From an uncultured Gemmatimonadales bacterium (GTDB lineage Bacteria; Gemmatimonadota; Gemmatimonadetes; Longimicrobiales; RSA9), in contig CAWAMW010000016.1 of the NCBI GenBank assembly GCA_963783305.1, forward strand, positions 288,001 through 352,000: a stretch of DNA of 64,000 nt. Reading direction: 5' to 3'. Both the position numbers and the translations under genes were made by a program. The first letter of the stretch is position 1. Every line of letters begins with the position of its first letter. The notes beneath the pieces are model-generated. The model ran no database searches, was not told where the DNA came from, and saw nothing but the letters and a program-made list of their open reading frames with translations. Of the stretch, positions 30,223-41,625 are shown piece by piece.

Positions 30223-30350
30223 CCTCCGCACCGGGCTTCCGGGAGTCCCTTCGGGCCGATCTGTGGGCCCCCGCCGCCCGACCTTTCACGCCCAGTGGGG
30301 GTAGGACAAGGCCGCAGAACGAGGAACGCGCGGAAGCAATGGAGGATGGG

Positions 30351-31037
30351 ATGGCCGAAGAGATGAGCGCGGGCGGCACGCAGCTGCCGGTGGTGGGGGG
30401 TGGGAAGGATGGGAGCCCCGGGTTCGTGACCACGCAGCTGGATTTCGTGGTGAACTGGGCACGGCGCAACTCGTTGTGGCCCATGCCGTTCGGGACGGCG
30501 TGCTGCGCCATCGAGATGATGGCGAGCTACGCGTCGCGCTTCAATGTGGCGCGCTTCGGGATGGAGCGCATGAGCTTCAGCCCGCGGCAGGCGGACCTGC
30601 TGATCTGCGCGGGTCGGGTGACGTACAAGATGGCGCCGGTGCTGCGGAAGATCTGGGACCAGATGCCGCAGCCGAAGTGGTCGATCAGCATGGGGGCGTG
30701 CGCGTCGAGCGGCGGTGTGTTCGACGCCTACTCCATGGTGCAGGGGATCGACACGATCATCCCGGTGGACGTGTACGTGCCGGGGTGCCCGCCGCGGCCG
30801 GAGGGTCTGATCTACGGGATCCTGATGCTGCAGGAGAAGATCAAGGGGGAGTCGCTGAGCGCGGCGATCCACGAGCAGACGCGGAGCGAGGACCCCGAGC
30901 GCTCGGGCCGGCCGAACCTGCCGGCGGACGTGATCGAGCAGATCGCGGGGCCGTTCGGCAACTCGACGAAGCAGAACAAGATGAGCGGGCTCGTCAGCAC
31001 GCGGGCCCTGTCGCGGCCCAGGGACCGGAGGCCGTAG
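30351..31037 (+). CDS. nuoB: NADH-quinone oxidoreductase subunit B (stand-alone)
   Basis: [45 protein letters not shown] before the ATG at 30351. Confidence 0.93.
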   Translation: MAEEMSAGGTQLPVVGGGKDGSPGFVTTQLDFVVNWARRNSLWPMPFGTACCAIEMMASYASRFNVARFGMERMSFSPRQADLLICAGRVTYKMAPVLRKIWDQMPQPKWSISMGACASSGGVFDAYSMVQGIDTIIPVDVYVPGCPPRPEGLIYGILMLQEKIKGESLSAAIHEQTRSEDPERSGRPNLPADVIEQIAGPFGNSTKQNKMSGLVSTRALSRPRDRRP

Positions 31038-31085
31038 CCGAGCTCTGGCGGGTCGCTGAAGATGGCGGTGGCAGGGAGCGAACGG

Positions 31086-31385
31086 TCGCGTCGCTGCGCT
31101 CGCTGGTCGATCGCGTCGCCTGCGGCTCGCTGGTCGATCTCCGCTGCGCTCCGTTCTCTCCGGTATCCCCGCCCGACAGGCGCAACGGGAAGGGCATAGG
31201 AGCGTGCCCCTGTCCCCTCGACCCCGCGCGCAGCGCGGTCGCCTCGCGCGAAGCGCGGGCGATCGACCCCCCGCGCCAGCGGGGTCCTCGGGAAGCGAAG
31301 CGACCCACGAGGATCGACCCCCCGCGCCAGCGGGTCCCGCAGGGAGCGGAGCGACCGCAGGGAATCGACCCTCGACCCCCTCGAC
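31086..31385. repeat. Intergenic cluster of REP-like repeats between convergent genes
   Basis: GCTCGCTGGTCGATC twice (31098-31139); GATCGACCCCCCGCGCCAGCGGG twice (31261, 31312); shares words with 11023-11064. Confidence 0.7.
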
Positions 31386-31400
31386 TTCTTCAGCCGCCTG

Positions 31401-33482
31401 CTAGGACCGCCCGGGCTCCCGCGGCGGGCCGGGCTCCCACAGATCCTCCCGCAGCGCAGCGGGCTCGGTCACCGGCCGACGGCACGTAAAGCGTCGACAC
31501 ACATACGCCGCGGCTCGACCGTCCACGGGAGTGCGACCCTCCAGGAGCGGGATGACCTCCTCCGCGTCCGGCCCCTGGTCGGGAGAGCGAAGCGCCACAA
31601 TGGTGTTCGGCCGATAGCGTTCCCGGACCACGTCCAGGAGCGCGCGCGTGTCGGCTTCCGCCGCGTCGCCGGCGATGGCCACCTCCTCCGGCGTGGCCAG
31701 GTGGAAATCCAACGCCGCCAGCAGGTGGCCGAAGGCGAGGGGCGCCCGCTCCAGCAGACCGCCCATGCTCCGAAGAACGCGTCCGGCCACCCGCTCGTAC
31801 CGGGGCTCGCCGGTGAAAACCGCCAGCCGAAGCAGCATGAGGGTGGTGGCGGAGTTACCGGAGGGTGTTGCGTTGTCGTCCACATCGCGGGGCCGCACGA
31901 CCAGCTCCGCGTCTCCTTCGGCGGTGTCGTAGAAGGTGCCCGCCTCCTCGTCCCAGAACCGCTCCAGGATCTCATCGCCCAGCTCACGGGCCACCTCCAC
32001 CCACCGGGGGTCGAACGTGGCCTCGTAGAGCGAGAGCAGCGCGTCGGCCAGAAGCGCGTGATCCTCCAGAAAGGCGTCGATCTTGGCGACGCCGTCCCGC
32101 CACGTCCTCTTCAGCCGACCCTCGGGGCGCAGCTCACGGAGCAGGAACTCCGCGTTCCGCACGGCCGCCTCCAGGTCCTCGCCGCGGCCGATCACGCTGG
32201 CGGCGACGGCGTAGGCCTGCAGCATCATGGCGTTCCACGATGTGAGCACCTTCTCGTCCCGTCCTGGCCATTCCCGCTCGGCGCGCTCCCGGTACAGCGC
32301 CTCCCGCCCACGCTCCAGGACTTCCTCCAGCCGCTCGGCGGTCACGTTCGCCCGCTCCGCCACCGCCGCCAGGTCGTGATCCACGTGCGGGATACTCCTG
32401 CCCTCGAAGTTCCCGGACGCCGCGATGTCGTAATACCCGCGGAAGAGCGGGCCATCGTCGGGGCCCAGGATCCGGTCCACCTCTCCGGGCGTCCAGACGT
32501 AGAATCGGCCTTCCTCTCCCTCACTGTCCGCATCCTGCGCGGAGTAGAACCCGCCCTCTCCCGAGGTCATCTCGCGGCGGACGTAATCGAGGATCTCCAG
32601 CGCGACCCTTCGCAGCTCGGGGTTTCTGGTTGCCTGATATCCGTGGAGGTAGAGCTGGGCGAGGAGCCCATTGTCGTAGAGCATCTTCTCGAAGTGGGGC
32701 ACAAGCCAACGGGCGTCCACGCTGTAGCGGTGGAAGCCGCCGCCCACCTGGTCATAGATGCCGCCGCGCGCCATCCGGAGCAGCGTGTGCTCCGCCATGG
32801 TCAGCGCTTCCGCCTGGCCCGTCCGGTGGTGATGGCGCAGGAGGAAGTCCACCGTCATGGGCTGCGGGAACTTGGGCGCGCTGCCGAAGCCGCCGTGCCG
32901 GCGATCGTACTGCTCGGCGAGCCGCCGCCACGCCTGGTCCAGGAGGGCCGCATCGAGCTGCTCCCTGGGCGCCGTGAGTCGGGTACTTTCCTCCAGCGCC
33001 GACCGGAGCCGCGTCGCGCTCCCTTCCACCTCGCCGCGCCGCTCACGGTACGCCTCTTCGATCCCTCGCAGGAGGTCCTGGAAGGAGGGGAGCCCGTGCC
33101 GCGGCTCGGGAGGGAAATAGGTGCCGCCGTAAAACGGCTCGCCGTCGGGCGTGAGGAACACCGTCATGGGCCAGCCGCCGTGGCCGGTCATGGTCTGCAC
33201 GGCCGTCATGTACAGGGAGTCCACGTCCGGCCGCTCCTCACGGTCCACCTTCACGTTGATGAAGTGCCGGTTCATGAGCCGCGCAGTGTCCTCGTCTTCG
33301 AACGACTCGTGCGCCATCACGTGACACCAGTGGCACGCCGAGTAGCCGATGGAGAGAAGGACCGGCCGGTCCTCCGACCGCGCTCGCTCGAACGCTTCTT
33401 CACCCCAGGGATACCAGTCCACCGGGTTGTGGGCGTGCTGGCGCAGGTACGGACTGCTCTCTGCGGAGAGGCGGTTCGGCAT
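31401..33482 (-). CDS. Thioredoxin-domain protein YyaL/SSP411 (DUF255 plus alpha/alpha barrel)
   Basis: [49 protein letters not shown]. Confidence 0.92.
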   Translation of the reverse strand: MPNRLSAESSPYLRQHAHNPVDWYPWGEEAFERARSEDRPVLLSIGYSACHWCHVMAHESFEDEDTARLMNRHFINVKVDREERPDVDSLYMTAVQTMTGHGGWPMTVFLTPDGEPFYGGTYFPPEPRHGLPSFQDLLRGIEEAYRERRGEVEGSATRLRSALEESTRLTAPREQLDAALLDQAWRRLAEQYDRRHGGFGSAPKFPQPMTVDFLLRHHHRTGQAEALTMAEHTLLRMARGGIYDQVGGGFHRYSVDARWLVPHFEKMLYDNGLLAQLYLHGYQATRNPELRRVALEILDYVRREMTSGEGGFYSAQDADSEGEEGRFYVWTPGEVDRILGPDDGPLFRGYYDIAASGNFEGRSIPHVDHDLAAVAERANVTAERLEEVLERGREALYRERAEREWPGRDEKVLTSWNAMMLQAYAVAASVIGRGEDLEAAVRNAEFLLRELRPEGRLKRTWRDGVAKIDAFLEDHALLADALLSLYEATFDPRWVEVARELGDEILERFWDEEAGTFYDTAEGDAELVVRPRDVDDNATPSGNSATTLMLLRLAVFTGEPRYERVAGRVLRSMGGLLERAPLAFGHLLAALDFHLATPEEVAIAGDAAEADTRALLDVVRERYRPNTIVALRSPDQGPDAEEVIPLLEGRTPVDGRAAAYVCRRFTCRRPVTEPAALREDLWEPGPPREPGRS

Positions 33483-33511
33483 GCCGGTCCTTCTGGTCTC
33501 GTGACGGTCTG

Positions 33512-33925
33512 CTAGCGCGCGACGACCCGGTCCACGTAGCGGTCGATACCGGCCACGACATCCACGACGTCGGCCTTGGCGTCAGCACTGGCGATGTCCT
33601 TCGCCAGCTCCAGCAGCACCAACCGTACCCGGTCCCGCTCGTCCCCCCCACCGGCGCCCCCACGACCACCGGCGCTCGACCGGCCCCCCCGCTTCGGGCC
33701 GGGCGCCTGGCTCGGCTTCGCTTTCTTCTTCTTCCGCGGCTTCCGCGGCTTCAGCGCCCTCTTCACCTGCAGCGGGTACATGGCGTTGAACTGCCGCGGC
33801 GACAGCGAGGCCACGTTCTCGTCCATTTTGGAGGCCTTCTCGAGCAGCGCCTTGTTGGAAATGTCCGGATCCTTCTTGAGCTCCGATTCTATCATTTCCA
33901 TCACTCTGGGATTCGCGTCAGCCAT
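33512..33925 (-). CDS. Small basic hypothetical protein with a Lys/Arg-rich linker
   Basis: AGGAG RBS, ATG at 33925; [12 protein letters not shown] tract between two helical domains. Confidence 0.75.
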   Translation of the reverse strand: MADANPRVMEMIESELKKDPDISNKALLEKASKMDENVASLSPRQFNAMYPLQVKRALKPRKPRKKKKAKPSQAPGPKRGGRSSAGGRGGAGGGDERDRVRLVLLELAKDIASADAKADVVDVVAGIDRYVDRVVAR

Positions 33926-33954
33926 TGTGTCTCCTGAGGAGAAGGGGGTTTGAT

Positions 33955-34016
33955 CGCTGTACGGGTGAATATTGACAATACGACCGTATATGGGCGCAAA
34001 AGTCAAGATATATTCG
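33955..34016. promoter_or_regulatory. AT-rich divergent promoter region
   Basis: TTGACA on + (33973) and TTGACT on - (about 34007) in an AT-rich patch between divergent genes; -10 boxes not cleanly spaced. Confidence 0.35.
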
Positions 34017-34120
34017 ACCCGGGCGACCGGGGCGCGGCGTCGCGCGCCATGGCTGGCGTCCGTACCGCACCTCTTCTATCTTCCCGGCCTTCCACCGCAC
34101 GGATCAGAGGAGATGAAAGC

Positions 34121-34672
34121 ATGAAGAGCAGGGTACTGGTGGCGGCACTGGCGCTGGGCGTCCTCGCGTGCGGCGACCCCGAAACCGACGATGACCGCGG
34201 CTACACCAAGGCGCCGCTGGAGAACCCGGGGCTGCTGATCGATGGCGAGGATGCCACCGCGATGGCGGCTGTCAACGGTACCAACCTGCCACGCCCGAGC
34301 ACCGAGTTCGATCAGGCGGGTGAGGCCACGGCCGAGGCCGGAGGGGGCGCGGCGCAGGCGGAAGTGACGCTGGCGCAGGGTGTCTCACAGGAGCAGTACG
34401 ACCAGGGACAGGAGATCTTTTCGGGGCAGGGGGGCTGCCAGGCGTGTCACGGACCCAACGGCTCCGGCTCGACCCTCGCTCCCAACCTCTCCGACGACCA
34501 GTGGCTGCACGTCTCCGGACCGAACCCGGAGGAGATCGCCGGGGTGATCCGCAGCGGCGTGCCCCAGCCCCTCGAGTTTCCGGCGCCCATGCCGCCCATG
34601 GGAGGGGCGAATCTCGACGATCAGCAGATCGAGGCGCTGGCCGGCTACGTGGCCTCACTGAGCCAGGGCTGA
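34121..34672 (+). CDS. Lipoprotein c-type cytochrome (monoheme)
   Basis: Lipobox VLAC, heme motif CQACH, APNLSD, Met ligand region PMPPMGG. Confidence 0.88.
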   Translation: MKSRVLVAALALGVLACGDPETDDDRGYTKAPLENPGLLIDGEDATAMAAVNGTNLPRPSTEFDQAGEATAEAGGGAAQAEVTLAQGVSQEQYDQGQEIFSGQGGCQACHGPNGSGSTLAPNLSDDQWLHVSGPNPEEIAGVIRSGVPQPLEFPAPMPPMGGANLDDQQIEALAGYVASLSQG

Positions 34673-34681
34673 CCCGACACC

Positions 34682-34966
34682 TCAGAAGAGCGGCGGCTTC
34701 GGTCGCTGCGCTCGCTGGAAGAGCTGGATCTGCTCCCGCTCTTCCAGCTTTTGCGCTCTCTGCAGCGCGATCCCCGGTGGGACGTGCCAGTCCACACCCG
34801 CGGAGATCGCCACCGGTGCCGACAGCTTCCCGTCCCGGCGGAACAGAAGGGCGTTGTGCCACGTTCCGTCCGTATCGGGGGTCGATCGTACAAAGACTTC
34901 CTGTCTCTGGCCCTCTATGATCAGGGACCCGAGTCGTTCTTCGACGGCCGGATAGGCGCCTCGCAC
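34682..34966 (-). CDS. Hypothetical protein
   Basis: GGAGG RBS before a GTG start; protein-like composition. Confidence 0.6.
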   Translation of the reverse strand: MRGAYPAVEERLGSLIIEGQRQEVFVRSTPDTDGTWHNALLFRRDGKLSAPVAISAGVDWHVPPGIALQRAQKLEEREQIQLFQRAQRPKPPLF

Positions 34967-35247
34967 CGTGTTCCTCCACAGCTTGATCGTCGTTCGTTCA
35001 TCTCATCTATCGATACGACGCCGCCCTTCCGGGCACGTCGACGAATACGCCGCTCCGGTCTCATGCCGGCCCGGTTCGCAGGGCCGACCACACGTGCGGC
35101 AAACGCAAGAGGCAGACCGGCCGCGCCGTCCACCCGCGGCCGTCCCGGCGCGACGGAACCTGTCCTGAACGGGTTGCGCGCGAGCGACTCCGCCGGCCAT
35201 GTTCCGCCCCGACCCCTTCACCACCCGGAACGACCGAGAACGAGCGC

Positions 35248-35364
35248 ATGAACCCCGCCGCCACCGTCACCTTCGTCCTGATCGCCGGCTTCGTATGGGG
35301 CGGCCTGATCCTGATTCTTACGCTCGCTGTCCGCAAGGAGCAGGGGAAGGCCGGGGAGGAGTAG
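35248..35364 (+). CDS. 38-aa single-TM peptide resembling the MetS-like NSS transporter small subunit
   Basis: Translated by hand: MNPAATVTFVLIAGFVWGGLILILTLAVRKEQGKAGEE*; WGG motif and RKE tail; ends 3 nt before carB. Below the ORF-track length cutoff. Confidence 0.65.
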   Translation: MNPAATVTFVLIAGFVWGGLILILTLAVRKEQGKAGEE

Positions 35365-35367
35365 GCG

Positions 35368-38300
35368 GTGCCCAAGCGCGAAGACCTGAAGACGATCCTC
35401 CTGCTCGGTTCCGGTCCCATCGTCATCGGACAGGGGTGTGAGTTCGACTACTCCGGGACCCAGGCGGTGCGGGCGCTCCGCGAGGAGGGGTACCGCGTCG
35501 TCCTGGTGAACAGCAACCCGGCGACGATCATGACGGACCCCGACCTGGCGGACCGGACCTACATCGAGCCGATCACCCCGGAGTGGGTAGAGCGAATCAT
35601 CGAGCTCGAGCGGCCGGAGGCGCTCCTCCCCACCATGGGCGGCCAGACCGCGCTGAACGTCGCGCTCGAGCTCTACGACCAGGGCGTGCTCGAACGGCAC
35701 GGTGTCGAGCTCATCGGCGCGGACGCCCGCGCCATCCGCATGGCCGAGGACCGGGAGGAGTTCGCCGACGCCATGGCCCGGATCGGGCTCGCGGTCCCTC
35801 ACGGCGGATTCGCCCGCAGCATCGAGGAGGCCTTCGCGATCGTCGAGGATACCGGCTACCCCGCCATCATCCGGCCGTCCTTCACCATGGGCGGCACCGG
35901 CGGGGGCATCGCGTACAATCGCGAGGAGTTCCGGGAGGCGGTGCAGCGCGGCCTCGACCTTTCGCCCGTCCACGAGGTGCTCATCGACCGGAGCGTCATC
36001 GGCTGGAAGGAATACGAGCTCGAGATGATGCGCGACGCCGCCGACAACGTGGTGGTGGTCTGCTCCATCGAGAACATCGATCCCATGGGCGTGCATACCG
36101 GCGACAGCGTCACGGTCGCACCGGCTCTGACCCTCTCCGACGTCGAGTACCAGGCGATGCGGGACGCCGCCATCGCCATCATCCGCGAGATCGGCGTGGA
36201 CGCGGGCGGCTGCAACATCCAGTTCGCCGTGAACCCCGCAGACGGTGAGCTTCTCGTGGTGGAGATGAACCCCCGCGTCAGCCGGTCCTCCGCGCTGGCC
36301 TCCAAGGCCACCGGCTTCCCCATCGCCCGGATCGGCGCGAAGCTCGCCGTGGGATATCGTCTCGACGAGCTGCCGAACGACATCACTCGTCAAACACCCG
36401 CCTCCTTCGAGCCGGTGCTCGATTACGTCGTCGTCAAGTTCCCCCGCTTCGCCTTCGAGAAGTTTCCGGCCGCCGACAACACCCTGACCGTGCAGATGAA
36501 GGCGGTGGGGGAGACCATGGCCATCGGCCGCACCTTCAAGCAGGCGTGGCAGAAGGGGCTCCGCGGGCTGGAGATCGGCCGCGACGGCTGGACCACCGCC
36601 GAGCGCCTCCAGGACGACGGTCTCTCCGACGACTCCCTCGATACGCTCCGCGCCGCGCTCCGCCGCCCCACGCCAGAGCGGCCGTTCCAGCTCAAGCGGG
36701 CGCTCCAGGCGGGTGTCACCCTCACCGAAGTCCACGAGCTGACCGGCATCGACCCCTGGTTCCTCTCCCAGCTCGCCCAGCTCGTACAGGCCGAGCGCGC
36801 GTGGGCGGATTCGGAGTCGGTCGGCCTCGAGGGCGTCGACCAGGCCCGGCTCCGCCGCATGAAGAGACTCGGCTTCAGCGACTCTCAGCTCGCCACCCTC
36901 CGCGGCGTGACCGAGCAGGAGGTCCGCGAGCTGCGCTGGTCGCTCGGCGTACGCCCCACCTACCAGATGGTGGACACCTGCGCCGGCGAGTTTCCGGCGG
37001 CGACGCCCTACCTGTACAGCGCCTACGAGGACGAGACCGAGGCGCCGCCGAGTGATCGGCGGAAGATCATGATCCTCGGGAGCGGGCCGAACCGTATCGG
37101 CCAGGGCATCGAGTTCGACTATTGCTGCGTCCAGGCCGCGCTGGCGCTCCGTGACGATGGCTTCGAGACCATCATGGTCAACTCCAACCCGGAGACGGTA
37201 TCCACCGACTTCGACGTGAGCGACCGCCTCTACTTCGAGCCGCTCACACTCGAGGACGTGCTGGAGATCGTGGAGCGGGAGAAGCCGGAGGGGGTGATCG
37301 TGCAGCTGGGCGGACAGACCCCCCTCAAGCTCGCCGAGCCGCTGGACGCGCTGGGCGTCCCCATCCTCGGCACCACCGTCGATGCCATCGACCGCGCGGA
37401 GGACCGCGACCGCTTCGCCTCCCTCTGCCGTACCATCAATGCGGCCGTCCCGCCCAACGGGATGGCGACCAACGTCGAGGAGGCGGTGTCGGTCGCCGAC
37501 CAAGTGGGCTACCCGGTCCTCGTGCGGCCTTCCTACGTGCTCGGCGGACGGGCCATGGAGATCGTGTACGATGAGCCGTCGCTCAGGAGCTACTTCGAGC
37601 GGACGACGCGGGCCAGCACCGACCGCCCCGTCCTCATCGACCGCTTCCTCGAGGACGCCTTCGAAGCCGACGTGGACGCCGTCTCCGATGGCGAGACCGT
37701 CGTGATCGCCGGCGTCATGCAGCACATCGAGGACGCCGGCGTCCACTCCGGCGACTCCGCCTGCGTCCTTCCCCCCTACATGCTCAAGGACCAGGAAGTG
37801 GACGAGATGAAGAACCTCGCCCGCCGGTTCGCCCGGGAGCTCGGCGTCGTGGGGCTCATGAACGTCCAGTTCGCCATCCGCGACGGAACCGTCTATGTCC
37901 TCGAGGTGAACCCGCGAGGGTCGCGCACCGTCCCCTTCGTGGCGAAGGCGACCGGGATCCCCTTCGCCCGTATCGCTTCACGCGCCATGGCCGGCAGGAC
38001 CCTCGCCGAGGCCGGGCTCGATCCCGACACCGAGCCCGTCCCCGCGGCGGTGGCCGTCAAGGAAGCGGTCTTCCCCTTCGACAAGTTCAACGTCGATGTC
38101 ATCCTGGGGCCGGAGATGCGATCCACGGGCGAGGTGATGGGCTTCGACCCGTCGTTCGGAATGGCCTTCGCCAAGGCCCAGATTTCCGCGGGTGGGTCCC
38201 TGCCCACGACCGGAACCGTGGTCGTCACCGTGAACGACCGGGACAAGCCCACCGTCACGCCCATCGTCCGACGCTTCCACGACCTCGGGTTCCACATCCG

Positions 38301-38640
38301 GGCGACGGGCGGCACCGCCCGCTACCTCCAGGCCCGAGGCATCCCGGCGGAGCCGATCTTCAAGGTGGGCGAAGCCAGGCCCAACATCGGCGATGGCATC
38401 ATCAGCGGCGAGGTCCAGCTGCTGATCAACACACCGCTCGGGAAGAAGTCGCAGTACGACGACTACGCCATGCGCCGCACGGCCATCGCCTACAAGGTGC
38501 CGTACTGCACGACCATGTCGGCGGCCAGCGCGGCCGCGGATGCGGTGACGGCCCTCGCCCGGCGGAAGCGGGAGGTCATGTGCCTCCAGGAGCGCTTCGC
38601 CCTCCAGGCGGATCGCGCCGCGCGGACGGCCGCGAAGTAG
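35368..38640 (+). CDS. carB: Carbamoyl-phosphate synthase large subunit
   Basis: [70 protein letters not shown]. Confidence 0.97.
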   Translation: MPKREDLKTILLLGSGPIVIGQGCEFDYSGTQAVRALREEGYRVVLVNSNPATIMTDPDLADRTYIEPITPEWVERIIELERPEALLPTMGGQTALNVALELYDQGVLERHGVELIGADARAIRMAEDREEFADAMARIGLAVPHGGFARSIEEAFAIVEDTGYPAIIRPSFTMGGTGGGIAYNREEFREAVQRGLDLSPVHEVLIDRSVIGWKEYELEMMRDAADNVVVVCSIENIDPMGVHTGDSVTVAPALTLSDVEYQAMRDAAIAIIREIGVDAGGCNIQFAVNPADGELLVVEMNPRVSRSSALASKATGFPIARIGAKLAVGYRLDELPNDITRQTPASFEPVLDYVVVKFPRFAFEKFPAADNTLTVQMKAVGETMAIGRTFKQAWQKGLRGLEIGRDGWTTAERLQDDGLSDDSLDTLRAALRRPTPERPFQLKRALQAGVTLTEVHELTGIDPWFLSQLAQLVQAERAWADSESVGLEGVDQARLRRMKRLGFSDSQLATLRGVTEQEVRELRWSLGVRPTYQMVDTCAGEFPAATPYLYSAYEDETEAPPSDRRKIMILGSGPNRIGQGIEFDYCCVQAALALRDDGFETIMVNSNPETVSTDFDVSDRLYFEPLTLEDVLEIVEREKPEGVIVQLGGQTPLKLAEPLDALGVPILGTTVDAIDRAEDRDRFASLCRTINAAVPPNGMATNVEEAVSVADQVGYPVLVRPSYVLGGRAMEIVYDEPSLRSYFERTTRASTDRPVLIDRFLEDAFEADVDAVSDGETVVIAGVMQHIEDAGVHSGDSACVLPPYMLKDQEVDEMKNLARRFARELGVVGLMNVQFAIRDGTVYVLEVNPRGSRTVPFVAKATGIPFARIASRAMAGRTLAEAGLDPDTEPVPAAVAVKEAVFPFDKFNVDVILGPEMRSTGEVMGFDPSFGMAFAKAQISAGGSLPTTGTVVVTVNDRDKPTVTPIVRRFHDLGFHIRATGGTARYLQARGIPAEPIFKVGEARPNIGDGIISGEVQLLINTPLGKKSQYDDYAMRRTAIAYKVPYCTTMSAASAAADAVTALARRKREVMCLQERFALQADRAARTAAK

Positions 38641-38647
38641 CCGAAAC

Positions 38648-38671
38648 GTGGGGGGGCGGCAGGCCCCCCGC
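38648..38671. terminator. GC-rich hairpin just after the carB stop
   Basis: GTGGGGGGGC-GGCAG-GCCCCCCGC stem-loop between convergent genes; no U-tract. Confidence 0.35.
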
Positions 38672-38931
38672 ACGCTCTCCACACGAAGTGGCGCGCCGCT
38701 CCCGCGCCCGGCGCCGCCCGAGTAGCGCCGGGCATCCTCGGGCGCTGTTCGCGGGAACTGTTGGCGGACGCAATGGGACGCGCGCATGCCAGGGCGGGAC
38801 CAACACTTCCCGCGAACAGCATCAGAGGGTCCGCCCCCGGGCCCACTCCACGGGCCACGCCTGCTCCCATCCGCCGCCGAGTCGAGCCACCACCGGAGCG
38901 CCGCCCGGGGCAGGACGCGTGCTGCGACCAG

Positions 38932-41625
38932 CTAGTCGGCTCGCAAGCTCTCGTTCGGATCCACGTTGGCGGCCCTCCACGCTGGCACTCCGCTGGCCAC
39001 GGCCGCTACCATGAGCATGGTCCCGGCGGCGACAAGGAGGGCCGTCGGAGCGTAGGGGGGCGTTCCGAAGAGCAGGTCGCGGGCGGCCCACGCGCCGTAG
39101 ACTCCGGCGGCGAGACCCAGGACGATGCCGAGTGCCGCCAGACGGACGCCACTGGCGAGTACGGAGCCGACCAACCGGTTCCGGGTGGCGCCCAGGGCGG
39201 CGCGTATGCCCATCTCCGGGCGCCGCTCCGCCACCTCGAAGGCGAGCGCGCTGTACAGGCCCACGGACGCGACGAGGAGCGCCAGGAGCCCGAATGCGGA
39301 GAACAGCGTGGCCCCCAGCCGCCAGGATCGGTAGGACGGGTCGACCACGTCCCTGAATGGCTCGACGGAGACCAGCCTCATGCCCATGGAGCCGAGCTGG
39401 CGCCGGACGGCGGGTGCGAGCGCCTTGGGCGCGGCCGTTCGGACCATGAGCCGGCTGGGCGGCCAGGGGTAGGGCGCGTGAGCCAGCGGGAGGTAGTAGT
39501 GCATGCTCTCGTCCTCCGTGAGGTCGAACCGGTGGTGGTCCTCGACGATCCCCACCACCGTGGCGCACGGCTCCTCCTGGATGATGAGGCAGCCGCCCAG
39601 CGCGTCGCCGCCGGGCCAGACCAGTCCGGCCATGGTTTCGTTCACCACCGCGACCCGGGGTGCGGACTCCGAGTCGTCCGCGTCGCTGAGCCCACGACCC
39701 TGAAGCAGATCGAGGCCCAGCGTCTCGAAGTATTCGCCGGTGACCGCGTGGATATAGGCCCCGCCGGCGCGGGTCCGGGGAAGCGAGTCGAGCCCGGGCA
39801 CACGGAGCTCGTCGCCGATGCTCCGGGCGTTCCGGAAGGGGGTGACCGTGGAAATGGCTGTTCCCTCCACCCCGGCCATGGACCGGATGGATTCCCGGGC
39901 CTCCCGGTACAGCGTGGTCATGGTCTCACCGCCCGGGTACCCGCCCTCAGGCTCCACCCGAACCAGGAGGACGGGGGCGGGGTTGAACCCGAGGTCGACG
40001 TTCTTCGCGGCGTTGAGACTCAGGACGAAGAGCGACGTTCCCACGAGCAGCACCACGGAGATCGCCGCTTGCACGACCAGCAGTCCCGATCGCAGCCCCG
40101 ACCGACCTCGCACCACGCCGCGACCGGACCCCTTCAGCGCCTCCGTCGTCTGGGGCTGACTCGAGCGGAACGCCGGGATGATCCCCGCGAACAGACCCGC
40201 CACGAGTGCGAGGGCACCACTGAAGGCCGCCACCCTCCAAAGGTCGACGCCGCTCTCCCATTCCGCCCCCGGGACCAGCACGCCGCGGACGATGCCCCCG
40301 CCCCAGATCGACACCGCCACCGCCGCCGCCCCGCCGAGGAGCGCCAGCACGACCCCTTCCGTCACCATGGTGCCCACGAGTCGCGCTCGACTCACTCCCA
40401 GCGCCAGCCGAACCGCCGTTTCTCGCCGCTGCCGCATGGAGCGCGCAAGAAGCAGGTTCGCCACGTTCGCGCAGGCGAGGAGCAGGACCATCAGCGCCAC
40501 GCCCATGAGCCACGGCACGATCCGCGCTTCCCGACTCGCCTCGGTCGTCCGGGCCAGGAGCAGCGGCGCCAGCTCGACCGTGGCCTCCGGGTCGTACCGC
40601 TCGTCATCCGCACGCGCCGCCCGATGAACCGTCGTGGCCGCAACGGCCGCGGCCTCCGGCGAAACGTTTGCCGCGAGTCGCGCCACTCCCTCCAGCCAGT
40701 ACCAGCTCCGGCTGTCCACCCATTCGGTCCCCCCCTCCTCCACACTGCCCGCGGGGTACAGCGGAAGCCAGATGTCCACCCGGTCCAGGTCCACCCCCGT
40801 GAACCCTTCCGGTGCCACACCCACGATCGTATACGACGCGTCTCCGGCCGCTACCGTCCGACCGATCGCCCCCGGATCGCCGCCGTACTTCCGCTGCCAG
40901 TAGCCATGCCCGAGCACCGCCACCGGGTCCGCCCCCACTACGTCATCGTCGGGGCCGAAGAAACGCCCCAGGGCGGGCCGCACCCCAAGCGTGGGAAAGA
41001 GACTCGCCGAGGCCAGCGTGACCGGAACCCGCTCTGCCTCCTCGCCCCGTCCCACCACCAGCTCTCGCGACGAGAACACCGCCGTCGACTCGAACACCTC
41101 CAGATCCCGCCAGTCCGCATAATCCGGGTACGGCAGGGTACGTTGAGTGGCGATCTCGCCCGTGGTGCTCCGGCGGATGTTCACGAAGAACCGCTTCACC
41201 GCGTCGGGTTCCTGGATATGCGCGGGCGGCGTCAGGAAGAGGCGGTCCAGAACCCCGAACATGGTGGCGTTGACTCCCACGCCGAGCGCCATCACCGTTA
41301 CCACGGCCGCGGCCAGCAGCGGCGCACGACGCAGGCTGCGAACGGCGTCCCGGACCACACGGCCTGACCCCAGGACGGCGTCCAGGAGCCAGGCCCGGCG
41401 CTCCCGCCCCTTCGCCAGCCGACGCAGCTCTCGACGATACGACGCCTCGTCGCCGAACCGCCGCGCCGCTTCCGCACGCGCCTCTTCTTCACCGAACCCT
41501 TCCGCCACCAGCCGGTGCACCGTCTCCTCCCGATGGAACGCCAGCTCCAGCTCCACCTCACGCTCACTGTCCCCGCCCGCCACACCCAGCCTGAACACCC
41601 GACGAACACTCTCGAACCCGCTCAT
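38932..41625 (-). CDS. ADOP-type duplicated MacB/FtsX-like ABC permease
   Basis: N-terminal ELAFHREE...A.RRFG prefix, ALGVGVN, LLACANVANLLLAR, VRLALG, EMGIRAALGA, PAWRAA.VDP..SLR. Confidence 0.88.
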   Translation of the reverse strand: MSGFESVRRVFRLGVAGGDSEREVELELAFHREETVHRLVAEGFGEEEARAEAARRFGDEASYRRELRRLAKGRERRAWLLDAVLGSGRVVRDAVRSLRRAPLLAAAVVTVMALGVGVNATMFGVLDRLFLTPPAHIQEPDAVKRFFVNIRRSTTGEIATQRTLPYPDYADWRDLEVFESTAVFSSRELVVGRGEEAERVPVTLASASLFPTLGVRPALGRFFGPDDDVVGADPVAVLGHGYWQRKYGGDPGAIGRTVAAGDASYTIVGVAPEGFTGVDLDRVDIWLPLYPAGSVEEGGTEWVDSRSWYWLEGVARLAANVSPEAAAVAATTVHRAARADDERYDPEATVELAPLLLARTTEASREARIVPWLMGVALMVLLLACANVANLLLARSMRQRRETAVRLALGVSRARLVGTMVTEGVVLALLGGAAAVAVSIWGGGIVRGVLVPGAEWESGVDLWRVAAFSGALALVAGLFAGIIPAFRSSQPQTTEALKGSGRGVVRGRSGLRSGLLVVQAAISVVLLVGTSLFVLSLNAAKNVDLGFNPAPVLLVRVEPEGGYPGGETMTTLYREARESIRSMAGVEGTAISTVTPFRNARSIGDELRVPGLDSLPRTRAGGAYIHAVTGEYFETLGLDLLQGRGLSDADDSESAPRVAVVNETMAGLVWPGGDALGGCLIIQEEPCATVVGIVEDHHRFDLTEDESMHYYLPLAHAPYPWPPSRLMVRTAAPKALAPAVRRQLGSMGMRLVSVEPFRDVVDPSYRSWRLGATLFSAFGLLALLVASVGLYSALAFEVAERRPEMGIRAALGATRNRLVGSVLASGVRLAALGIVLGLAAGVYGAWAARDLLFGTPPYAPTALLVAAGTMLMVAAVASGVPAWRAANVDPNESLRAD

